64,000 nt of DNA from the NCBI GenBank assembly GCA_051362555.1, contig CM120648.1, positions 17,852,587 to 17,916,586 of the forward strand, read 5' to 3'. Below are positions 1-13,078 of this stretch, in pieces (positions within the stretch are counted from its first letter, which is position 1; the number at the start of each line of letters is the position of its first letter). This stretch comes from Lingula anatina (Eukaryota; Animalia; Brachiopoda). The notes beneath the pieces are model-generated. The model was given only the letters and a program-made list of their open reading frames with translations. It had not been told where the DNA came from and searched no databases. Made by a program: the position numbers and the translations under genes.

Positions 1-125
1 TCTGTACACTTACTTTTCTGCCCAGTGTCTGGCCCTGGGGTACTCTGACTGCCCCCTCCCACTACTCTGTACACTTACTTTTCTGCCCAGTGTCTGGCCC
101 TGGGGTACTCTGACTGCCCCCTCCC
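1..125 (-). repeat. 65-bp tandem duplication of the ING exon 4 3' end plus GTAAGT donor (probably continues off-window)
   Basis: 1-60 is identical to 66-125 (period 65). The unit holds the last 47 nt of exon 4 and the 5' splice site. Confidence 0.9.
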
Positions 126-2470
126 GTCTTGGCGTTCAACGTCTTCTCTTTCAGCTCCGCCTCAAACCTTGCAAGGTCAGAGTCCAGCCGTCGTATATGT
201 TTGTCCACCTGAAATGTACCACACTCAATGTCCATAGGATAACAGTAAGAACATTATGACTTGTTCTTGTATATCACTGATCTCAGTGTGGTTGCTAATA
301 GACATATTAAACACACAACCTTTTCCATCCCTGTTCTCAAGCCCTTTATATCATAGTTTTAAAATAATCTTTGTCTAGTATCTTATACTTGGCCAAGTGA
401 CTGACTATCCTGAGTGAGAATGGTTCACAGGTGTATCAACACCAAAAGACCTTTGGGCATTTAGCCTGATGATGCTCTTTTAAGAAAAGCCAAATGTAGC
501 CGTTTCACTGCTATTTTTGTTCCATCATTGTTTACATTACTATCACTAAAACGTCAGTAAATATAGCAGCCATTGTCTAATACCTTTTTCCTTGAATTCT
601 TTCTCTCTTTTTCTTCTCTCTCTCACACACACACACTAACACACACATACATTCTCTTGCTCTCTTCTTAGTTGTAGTAAAATCCAAGCTCCATTTTTCT
701 GCTTTAAAATTCTGATAGCTTCTTGACAACCATTTGTCCTCCATCTCAACAGAATCTCAACAAAATCTCACCATTTCGTACGTCTGCATGGCCAGCTGTA
801 CTTTGTCATCTCCGTATTCTCGGCTCTTCCCAAATAATTTCTTGATATTGTCCATCTGTTTTGTTCGTTTGTCTGATGAATAGTGTTTGACATTTTTCAA
901 ATATTCTTCTGACATTTTGTCAATGTCTTTTAATACATCTAAAATAAAGAATTAACCACATAATGTTATTACTGTATGGTACACATATTATGAAATTTGT
1001 CACTGAAAATGATTTTAATTTCATTTATAATTCAAATAACTGTGAGAGCTTTAACTCTCATCTTCATACAGAGTAAATGAAAAAAAAAAAAAATTAAAAT
1101 CCCTATATTTCAAGTTGTGCTGCAAGTTGTAAATAAAATTGAAGTCTAAAATCCAGGGCCAAGATTCAGTCTTGAATTCTCCTGTATAATACTTCACAAG
1201 TGTTTTGTAGGTAAATGTATTTTGCATGTGTTCTTCACGTTAATATACCTTGTGATCGTTGATCCAAATCCCGCATTAAGTTGAAATTTCTCTGGAGTTC
1301 CATTGGCAGACATTCCAGACCTGCAAAAGAAAATCACAATAATCTTATATAATATCATGACAATTTCAACAGCCTTATAAATAGCATCACAATCACTGAA
1401 CATCCTTCAATAATAGTTAAAGATTTAAAAATATGTCCATCCCAATGCTATCCTTAATGACATTCAAAATACTAAATATCTTTACCGTTATTCAATTGAT
1501 CATTACCCACTACAGAAGGTATCTGTACTCTAATGATTTTAACACACTATAATACAATATCATCTGGTCCTATTCTTCTGAGCTAAATTAATTTCTCATC
1601 CAGCATTTGTTCATTTAAACCACACCTGCTTTGTGATTTAACCAAATTTTATTCTTAGCAAAAATAAATAAATAATAAGAGAAACGAAAAAGTTCAAAAG
1701 GACTAGAGTTTACTCTTTGCCTGCATGGATTTCAATATGGATCTTTAAGTAAATTTTAAAATATTAAAATGTCATGGGGTTTCAAGAAAAAATAGAAGAG
1801 GCCTATAAATTATTTTCATCCTTTTTCAAATATCTTTTCAATGATTAAGCAATAATAATAAACTCCAAAAATTAAAAAGAAATTAAGTAAAAAAAAAAAA
1901 AAAAAAAAATTGTGTAATTAAATCTGTCGATATGATGTCTGCAGAAAGCATGTTTCACGTATAAGAAGCTTATCATCCAATCTCCACCCCCACCCCCTCT
2001 TTCTTCTGGCCTCTGGGCTTTCAAAAGGTCACCACCATTATCGTTGATTTCAATCAGAACTAGGTCAAGTCAACAATAATCGATTGATGCTACTTGGCGC
2101 TAATTTCAATTTCCGGGTTTTACGTCAAAGATGCTATTAAAGTCGTCGACGGCTCGTCTTCATCTTTGCCAACAGGTTGAAATTTTCGAACATAATGTTG
2201 ATATCTAGCTAACAACAACAGACTGGCTGTGATTTTTTGTTTATTTGTGGGGAAAATGGCGCAATTTTTTATCAAGTTTAAATCGAGCAATTTTTAGTGG
2301 GTTTGTTGGTCTCTCTGACTTTCTCTAGCCTAAGAGCAAAAATCCTCACAATCTTCACACACTAAACATTCGATCTACTAAAAATTAATTTTCAAAATGA
2401 AAACATTTGTCGGAAATTAGTTCATAAACCTACTGTCAAGATAGTGCTCCAAATACATTGCGGTCGCCAT
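79..2470 (-). CDS. ING5: Inhibitor of growth protein ING4/ING5 ortholog, coding exons 1-4 (gene continues past the left edge)
   Basis: Exons 2470-2434 ([12 protein letters not shown]), 1320-1249 ([24 protein letters not shown]), 938-772 (DVLKDIDKM...[13 protein letters not shown]) and 208-79 ([22 protein letters not shown]...). All are GT-AG and phase-compatible. The N-terminal ING helical domain is recognisable; the PHD finger lies outside the window. ING4 versus ING5 cannot be settled by eye. Confidence 0.93.
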
Positions 2471-2722
2471 CTCGTAGTTTTCAGTCACGTGATCAGTTTA
2501 TCCGTAAAATTTGTAACATGGAAGCCATAAAATACACAAATATATTTCCAATGTTCTTCCTGTGTTGTTTATTTGCCTGACATATATTTTTACACATTGT
2601 TAACAAAACAAATTGAATACACCATGTTTTTAAAACGGTGAAAAACTCCCCGTTCGCTGTGTTTCTGCAGAGCTGATGGGCAGATCTCCCAGAAACTCGC
2701 AAATTCACGCGGAGTGAAGAAG
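2471..2722. promoter_or_regulatory. Bidirectional promoter / 5' UTR region shared by ING4/5 and NEURL4
   Basis: Divergent ATGs at 2470 (-) and 2723 (+) are separated by only 252 bp. E-box GTCACGTGAT at 2484-2493. Confidence 0.7.
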
Positions 2723-5700
2723 ATGTCAGCTAGTTTTCACTCGAGAGCTGGCGCATTCATCACATTAAGTAATAACAACCGCACAGCTCAGAGAAATCAC
2801 CCGAATCAAGAGTTTAACAATGGGGTGGTTCTCAGCGTCGAGCCTTTGCGGGACAATCAGCTGTTTGAAGTGAAAATTGACCGCAAGGTACGTCACTGAA
2901 TTATTCACCGATATTTGTTATGATTTCACGCTGTGATTTTAACACCCGGTGAGAACGGAGAAAATGAAAGTTGTGGAATGTTGGAGATTTCATTTTGTAA
3001 TTTGGCACATTTTACTATTATTTAACTGAACACGAGCGGGAATTTCTATTCAGAAAATAGGAAGATTTATACTTGATTATATACAACTTAATTTATTGAT
3101 TTTTTTCTAGTTTCTTTTCTCGACGTGACTTCGCTTGTTTATGAGCAATGTTATATCTTAACTACACACAAGACAAAAAGTTCTAGTCTTTGATTATTCA
3201 GAATCTCATTATTCTCCTCTCAACATAGGTTTTTGGCAATTTTTTAATCTTTGTTTACACAAGAAAACTTATCCACTTTATTATTTTATAATATATAGCT
3301 AATCTTGGAGGAACTCCAGTCGAAATATCTTACTGGGAAAGAACATTTGATTAATCTGCAAATGATGGGAATAATGAAACAACATTAAAAGTTATATGGT
3401 AGAGATTTAAAGTTTGTTTGTTGACACGAATTCAGTATTGTATCAGAATTAATAGTAAAATGACATCTGTTTTTCCTTTAAGGTGAATTCATGGAGTGGA
3501 TCTATAGAAATTGGAGTCACTGCCTCGGACCCGAACCATCTCAATTTCCCGACAAGTGCCACTGGGTTCCGTGAAAATACGTGGGTGATGTCTGGGAGTT
3601 CTATTCTGAAGGACGGTCACTCTCTAATAGAGGAGTATGGAATTGATCTGGACACGCTGGATGAGGGAGATAAGGTATGGTCATGACTTCTAACTGATAA
3701 TAGTGATTAATAATAATAATAATAATGATAATAATAATATTTATCTACAGATTTTTTAATAATGTTGCTAACAGACAGACAAAAAAAAATTAGTAAATAC
3801 CTTGATAGGGATATAATGTTATTATTATTTTATGTAATAGTGATGATAGTGGTGATTAAATTGTCTATAGAGTATTCCATAAAATCTGATTTTAAATGAT
3901 GTTGACACTAAAATGTAATTGGTTACAGTGAAATATATAAGTTTCTTGAAAATGTTATTAAATTGACATTATCTAAGGGGGGGAGATTTTGGAAATAAGT
4001 CAACAGCTTCATAGTTTATGTACTCGGTTATCTACACCCACTGGATGCCCTTGTGGTTAAAGTGTCCGTCTCCAAAACGGGAGGACATGGGTTCGACCCT
4101 ATCCTGGGACATACCAGTAATTTATAAATGGTACCTGCTGTCATCTCACTTGAAATTCAGCACTTAGGGGTTGAAGCATGGGTAGAATTCCTGGTCAGAC
4201 AGAGGAAGATATTTGTTCTTTTGCTAGCTTTCAGCACCTCATACGGCATACTGGGCTGTATGCTCCTCAGAGAGGCCAGAGCGTCAATACCAGATTGTAT
4301 CAGGGCCCATAAAATGACCAGGCATCTGTAAACTGTGCTGAGCCGCATCTGTAGTAGCGTAATTTACTTTTTACTTTACTGTAATGTTTTAGAATGTCAC
4401 AATTTATGTATCCATTGACCTTTATTTTCACGTCAGGTTGGAGTGATGAAGACATCAAATGGAGAACTCCATTTCTTTGTTAATGGTCAGGATCAAGGCG
4501 AAGCCGTCAGTAACCTTCCCAACAAGGTCTATGCCGTCATTGACCTCTACGGCAAGTGTGCTCAGGTCTCTGTGTTAGACAGTGACAGTAATAGGGAGAC
4601 AGGTAGGTGGTCAGTTGTGGTAATGGACCAAGGGAAAACACAATCATCTGTCCCTCTCTTAGTTCTTGAGGTACCCTCCTTCTCATTGACCCCTATAAAA
4701 GAGTTCAATCAAATGAAGGCCTTACTTGTTACAGTGAAATTCTCCCATCTACTGCGTTATATTTGGTAATCAAAGTGAAGCTAATAAAGTTCGTTACCCT
4801 TGTTTTCCCAACATCTAAATCGTAGATGTTTGCATTTCTTAACACCTTGTTATTGAAAAGTACTTAACTATAAAGTAGTAACTTTCATAGTTGAACATTT
4901 GTCTCAATTTAAAAAGAAATAATCAAAATACAAGTGCATGATAAGTCTTGTGCAGGCCACTGTCTGTTGTAAAGTGATGAGAAGTCAATTGTTACTCTGA
5001 GATAGAAAGGAGAGAATTTGAAAATTGATTGGTTTCATTGGTAAGCTTGTCTTGGGACTACGTTGATTAGCTTGTCTTGGGACCACTGATTATTTTAAGT
5101 GCAAATTAGCACCCAGCTGTGTACTATTTTTGTCTTTCAGAATTGAATTAGACTTTCTTTCCCTTTCTTGCCGTGTGCATCTTCGTGAGTGGTGGGGAAA
5201 TAAACTGCACTTTGTCTTTGACACATTTGTGTTTATGTCCTGTATATGTGCTTTAACTGCATGTAACTTTCAATTAAAAAGGATGGTCCTCAAAATCAGA
5301 TTGAACTTGGTCTTTAGGAAGTTTTAATGGTATAGAATAAGGCAGATAAAAGTATTGATCATATGGGAACTGATTGATGCATGCAGCTGAAATCACACTT
5401 TCATACTGAATTGAAGCCAAATGTGATATTCTACTTAGTTTAGGAAATTATAAATATTCAGTTGTTTTTTGACAAATTGGTCATTCTTATATTTAAATAC
5501 ATAATTTAGCCAGGACTTTTCAGCTGAACTACAAATGTATTTGAACAACAGGTTTAGTGATCAATTTAGTACATATCAAAATTTATATGTGTTTTTATGT
5601 TGCTTACTTTCAGCATTCAGCAATGAGATAGCTCAGACAAGTGGTGCTAGCAACGCAGACAACTCAAATCAGATCGCCCATTCCAATGAGAGGTTACTTT

Positions 5701-6061
5701 TCCACGAACGCTGTGGAAGCCTCGTTAAGTTGACCAATAACAGAAGGACAGCGGAAAGGAGGCGCCCTCTGGATGAGTTCAACAACGGGGTTGTCATGAC
5801 GAACAGGCCGTTAAAAGATGATGAATTGTTTGAGGTACGTTATGTTTGCAATTGGTTGTGATTAAGGCACGGAGACTTTGTTCAAAGTGTAGTGCCTCTA
5901 TCACTTTCCTGCTGTACCTTTGTCCCTGCTAGAGGGTCATTCCTGAATGGTAGAAATTATGAAGTTTCCCTTCCTAAGGATTTACTTTTTTACCATCATT
6001 ACAAACTATTTTACAAGTTTTACATAATAAGGTGTTTTGAAAGTATTTGGATTTAAGGCTC

Positions 6062-6100
<39 letters not shown>

Positions 6101-6228
6101 TCCATAGATCCGTATAGAGCGTCTGGTAGACAAGTGGTCTGGTTCCATTGAAGTTGGCATCACCACCCACAACCCCGTCACACTGGACTACCCTGCCACT
6201 ATGACCAATATGAGATCAGGTAGGTGAC

Positions 6229-6265
<37 letters not shown>

Positions 6266-8025
6266 ATGACAACCTACAACCCCATCACACTGGACTACCC
6301 TGCCACCATGACCAATATGAGATCAGGTAAGTTACCCATATATATACCATGACAACCTACAACCCCGTCACACTGGACTACCCTGCCACTATGACCAATA
6401 TGAGATCAGGTAGGTTACCCATATATATACCATGACAACCTACAACCCCGTCACACTGGACTACCCTGCCACTATGACCAATATGAGATCAGGTAAGTTA
6501 CCCATATATATATACCATGACAACCTACAACCCCGTCACACTGGACTACCCTGCTACCATGACCAATATGAGATCAGGTAAGTTACCCATATATATATAT
6601 ATACCATGACAACCTACAACCCCGTCACACTGGACTACCCTGCCACCATGACCAATATGAGATCAGGTAAGTTACCCATATATATACCATGACAACCTAC
6701 AACCCCCTCACACTGGACTACCCTGCCACCATGACCAATATGAGATCAGGTAAATTACCCATATATATACCATGACAACCTACAACCCCGTCACACTGGA
6801 CTACCCTGCCACCATGACCAATATGAGATCAGGTAAGTTACCCATATATATACCATGACAACCTACAACCCCGTCACACTGGACTACCCTGCCACCATGA
6901 CCAATATGAGATCAGGTAGGTTACCCATATATATATATACCATGACAACCTACAACCCCGTCACACTGGACTACCCCGCCACCATGACCAATATGAGATC
7001 AGGTAAGTTACCCATATATATACCATGACAACCTACAACCCCGTCACACTGGACTACCCTGCCACCATGACCAATATGAGATCAGGTAAGTTACCCATAT
7101 ATATACCATGACAACCTACAACCCCGTCACACTGGACTACCCTGCCACCATGACCAATATGAGATCAGGTAGGTTACCCATATATATATATATACCATGA
7201 CAACCTACAACCCCGTCACACTGGACTACCCCGCCACCATGACCAATATGAGATCAGGTAAGTTACCCATATATACCATGACAACCTACAACCCCGTCAC
7301 ACTGGACTACCCTGCCACCATGACCAATATGAGATCAGGTAGGTTACCCATATATATATATACCATGACAACCTACAACCCCGTCACACTGGACTACCCC
7401 GCCACCATGACCAATATGAGATCAGGTAAGTTACCCATATATATACCATGACAACCTACAACCCCCTCACACTGGACTACCCTGCCACCATGACCAATAT
7501 GAGATCAGGTAAATTACCCATATATATACCATGACAACCTACAACCCCGTCACACTGGACTACCCTGCCACCATGACCAATATGAGATCAGGTAAGTTAC
7601 CCATATATATACCATGACAACCTACAACCCCGTCACACTGGACTACCCTGCCACCATGACCAATATGAGATCAGGTAGGTTACCCATATATATATATACC
7701 ATGACAACCTACAACCCCGTCACACTAGACTACCCCGCCACCATGACCAATATGAGATCAGGTAAGTTACCCATATATATACCATGACAACCTACAACCC
7801 CGTCACACTGGACTACCCTGCCACCATGACCAATATGAGATCAGGTAAGTTACCCATATATATACCATGACAACCTACAACCCCGTCACACTGGACTACC
7901 CTGCCACCATGACCAATATGAGATCAGGTAGGTTACCCATATATATATATATACCATGACAACCTACAACCCCGTCACACTGGACTACCCCGCCACCATG
8001 ACCAATATGAGATCAGGTAGGTTAC

Positions 8026-8100
<75 letters not shown>

Positions 8101-9012
8101 ATGACAACCTACAACCCCGTCACACTGGACTACCCTGCCACCATGACCAATATGAGATCAGGTAAGTTACCCATATATACCATGACAACCTACAACCCCG
8201 TCACACTGGACTACCCTGCCACTATGACCAATATGAGATCAGGTAAGTTACCCATATATATATACCATGACAACCTACAACCCCGTCACACTGGACTACC
8301 CTGCTACCATGACCAATATGAGATCAGGTAAGTTACCCATATATATATATACCATGACAACCTACAACCCCGTCACACTGGACTACCCTGCCACCATGAC
8401 CAATATGAGATCAGGTAAGTTACCCATATATATACCATGACAACCTACAACCCCCTCACACTGGACTACCCTGCCACCATGACCAATATGAGATCAGGTA
8501 AATTACCCATATATATACCATGACAACCTACAACCCCGTCACACTGGACTACCCTGCCACCATGACCAATATGAGATCAGGTAAGTTACCCATATATATA
8601 CCATGACAACCTACAACCCCGTCACACTGGACTACCCTGCCACCATGACCAATATGAGATCAGGTAGGTTACCCATATATATATATACCATGACAACCTA
8701 CAACCCCGTCACACTGGACTACCCCGCCACCATGACCAATATGAGATCAGGTAAGTTACCCATATATATACCATGACAACCTACAACCCCGTCACACTGG
8801 ACTACCCTGCCACCATGACCAATATGAGATCAGGTAAGTTACCCATATATATACCATGACAACCTACAACCCCGTCACACTGGACTACCCTGCCACCATG
8901 ACCAATATGAGATCAGGTAGGTTACCCATATATATATATACCATGACAACCTACAACCCCGTCACACTGGACTACCCCGCCACCATGACCAATATGAGAT
9001 CAGGTAGGTTAC

Positions 9013-9097
<85 letters not shown>

Positions 9098-10543
9098 ATG
9101 ACAACCTACAACCCCGTCACACTGGACTACCCTGCCACCATGACCAATATGAGATCAGGTAAGTTACCCATATATACCATGACAACCTACAACCCCGTCA
9201 CACTGGACTACCCTGCCACTATGACCAATATGAGATCAGGTAAGTTACCCATATATATATACCATGACAACCTACAACCCCGTCACACTGGACTACCCTG
9301 CTACCATGACCAATATGAGATCAGGTAAGTTACCCATATATATATATACCATGACAACCTACAACCCCGTCACACTGGACTACCCTGCCACCATGACCAA
9401 TATGAGATCAGGTAAGTTACCCATATATATACCATGACAACCTACAACCCCCTCACACTGGACTACCCTGCCACCATGACCAATATGAGATCAGGTAAAT
9501 TACCCATATATATACCATGACAACCTACAACCCCGTCACACTGGACTACCCTGCCACCATGACCAATATGAGATCAGGTAAGTTACCCATATATATACCA
9601 TGACAACCTACAACCCCGTCACACTGGACTACCCTGCCACCATGACCAATATGAGATCAGGTAGGTTACCCATATATATATATACCATGACAACCTACAA
9701 CCCCGTCACACTGGACTACCCCGCCACCATGACCAATATGAGATCAGGTAAGTTACCCATATATATACCATGACAACCTACAACCCCGTCACACTGGACT
9801 ACCCTGCCACCATGACCAATATGAGATCAGGTAAGTTACCCATATATATACCATGACAACCTACAACCCCGTCACACTGGACTACCCTGCCACCATGACC
9901 AATATGAGATCAGGTAGGTTACCCATATATATATATACCATGACAACCTACAACCCCGTCACACTGGACTACCCCGCCACCATGACCAATATGAGATCAG
10001 GTAGGTTACCCATATATATATATACCATGACAACCTACAACCCCGTCACACTGGACTACCCTGCCACCATGACCAATATGAGATCAGGTAAGTTACCCAT
10101 ATATACCATGACAACCTACAACCCCGTCACACTGGACTACCCTGCCACCATGACCAATATGAGATCAGGTAGGTTACCCATATATATATATATATATATA
10201 TACCATGACAACCTACAACCCCGTCACACTGGACTACCCTGCCACCATGACCAATATGAGATCAGGTAGGTTACCCATATATATATATACCATGACAACC
10301 TACAACCCCGTCACACTGGACTACCCTGCCACCATGACCAATATGAGATCAGGTAACTTACCCATATATACCATGACAACCTACAACCCCGTCACACTGG
10401 ACTACCCTGCCACCATGACCAATATGAGATCAGGTAGGTTACCCATATATATATATATATATATATATATACCATGACAACCTACAACCCCGTCACACTG
10501 GACTACCCTGCCACCATGACCAATATGAGATCAGGTAGGTTAC

Positions 10544-10608
<65 letters not shown>

Positions 10609-11974
10609 ATGACAACCTACAACCCCGTCACACTGGACTACCCTGCCACCATGACCAATATGAGATCAGGTAGGTTACCCATATATATACCATGACAACC
10701 TACAACCCCGTCACACTGGACTACCCTGCTACCATGACCAATATGAGATCAGGTAGGTTCTGTTCACTTCTGATTAGTCTTGGTTATACTGAAAAAAAAT
10801 TAACTGTTCTGGGGCAGAGACAGTGGCCATTAACTATAAATTTTGATGACCAAATTTTACTGGTTTCAGTTTTACTGGTATTGGGAATGGACTGTGGTAT
10901 TGTTGCAGTTTATAATATAATATACTACAGCTGCCCACATTGGCTGTTTTATGTATATTGTGTTATATATTTGACAAGTGATGCAAGGTCATATTTTAAA
11001 ATCCTGTACCCCCTTTTTGATTAAAACAAAAAAAAAAAAAATGCAAAATGAAGGATGTGCCGGTTCTGTGGCATTCACACATATAACTACCAGTCATACA
11101 TCTGTTGTTTATATTTTGTGAGAGAGGCAGGACAAAGTATTAAAATTTTGTGCTTACCTCCCCCCTCCCACTCAGGGAAAATCCTGGATTCACCAACATT
11201 CATACAGTTACTAGTACACAACTAGCACACTATATTTTTGCTACCATTCCCAGACCCTATCATACTATATGTGGATTAATCTATCTCCTAGAGGATACTC
11301 ACAAAATTGCAATCAACTTAATAAGCGACTTAGATGTCTGTCACACCTACTGAAGCTGTCGGGGGGGGGGGGGGTATTAATCATTTAGCAGCTTCAGTAG
11401 GTATGCCAGACATCTAAGCCAATTTAGGGAGGAACCCCGTGGAGATGGACTGATCCTGTTAGATTGTTCTAGGGAAGGGAACCCAGTCTTTGTTTCACAT
11501 TAATCTTACCTGTAGGTATGATGTGATGTTTTATCTCCTGTCAGGTACTATTATGATGAGTGGGTGTGGCATACTGACCAATGGGAAGGGAACCAGGAGA
11601 GAGTATGGTGACTATAACTTGGACGAACTAAGGGTAAGAACATGATGTGTGTGTGGGGGGGGGGGGGGTGTGGCATACTTACCAATGGGAAGGGAACAAG
11701 GAGAGAGTATGGTGACTATAACTTGGATGAACTAAGGGTAAGAACATGATGTGTGTGTGTGTGTGGGGGGGGGGGGGCATACTGACCAATGGCAAGGGAA
11801 CCAGGAGAGAGTATGGTGACTATAACCTGGATGAACTAAGGGTAAGAACATGATGTGTGTGTGTGTGTGTGTGTGGGGGGGGGGGGGGGTGGTGGCATAC
11901 TGACCAATGGCAAGGGAACAAGGAGAGAGTATGGCGACTATAACTTGGATGAACTAAGGGTAAGAACATGATGT

Positions 11975-12005
<31 letters not shown>

Positions 12006-13032
12006 GGGGGAGAGAGAGAGAGTGAGGGTGTGGCATACTGACCAATGGGAAGGGAACCAGGAGAGAGTATGGTGACTATAACCTGGATGAACTAAGGGTA
12101 AGGATATAATATGTGTGTGTATGAGAGAGAGAGAGAGAATTATTCATATAAACTTTTTTTATTAAAAAGATCACTATAAATTGATTATTAATGCATTTTA
12201 CAAACCACCTAGTCAAACAAATATTAATTAAATTTTGATTCCTAGATTGGGAATATTACATGAAATAAAGTTATAGTGTGCCTGAGACCATGTAAAAGCA
12301 TGATAAAAAATTTAACAATCACTATAGATATCTTATTTTCTACATAAGAAAAGTCATTTCAACTAGCTAAAAGTTTTTTGGTTACCGTGCCTACCAGGTA
12401 GAAAACACTGGTATCTTAAGATATGGTTTTCTGTTTTATCACAATACAAGAGATGTTTTTTTTTTTTTTTTTTTTTTTTTTTTTGTCTCTCTTCAGGAAG
12501 GAGACAGGATAGGTCTGATAAAGAAATCCAATGGCTGTCTCCACTACTATATCAATGGTGTAGACCAAGGTGTGGCTGCCACCAAGACAGCACAGATGGT
12601 CTGGGGTGTGGTGGATCTGTATGGGATGGCTGTCAAGGTAAGGGAAGCTTACTCAGTGATGGGATTGTATATTTATTAATTAATTAATTTATTTATTTAT
12701 TTATTGCGATGAAAATCTAAATGAATGAAATAGACGGAGTGTTAACAATTCTAAGGGAAATGTGCAATTTTGAGTAATAAGAGAAATCAGACATAATTGA
12801 AATCCAACAAACAAAGGCACTGCAGTACTGCCTTGTCAGTTCATATCAAACTTGGACTAATTGTGTTGAATTAACAATCTTATAATGATCATGTGCAGGT
12901 GACCATCCTGGATCCTGAGGAGTGTCCATCTGAGCCAGCTGCTCTAAACCGATCACTGACCCATATCTTCCGCACCATGAGAGACTCTATGACTAGTGCA
13001 TATGACACTGACGGTAAGATGTCTGCAGAGTA

Positions 13033-13078
<46 letters not shown>

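Noticed and set aside
4041-4115. tRNA gene
   Set aside because: A and B boxes are present, but I could not fold a convincing cloverleaf and it continues into a SINE body and tail.
6264-10758. CRISPR-like array or a separate repeat-protein gene ([21 protein letters not shown] ORFs)
   Set aside because: Eukaryotic intron, no unique spacers and no cas genes. The ORFs are copies of NEURL4 exon 5 joined by (TA)n with frequent frameshifts.
11500-11560. Possible degenerate duplicate of the exon 6 acceptor (CCTGTAG|GTATGATG)
   Set aside because: Similarity is too short to distinguish from chance.
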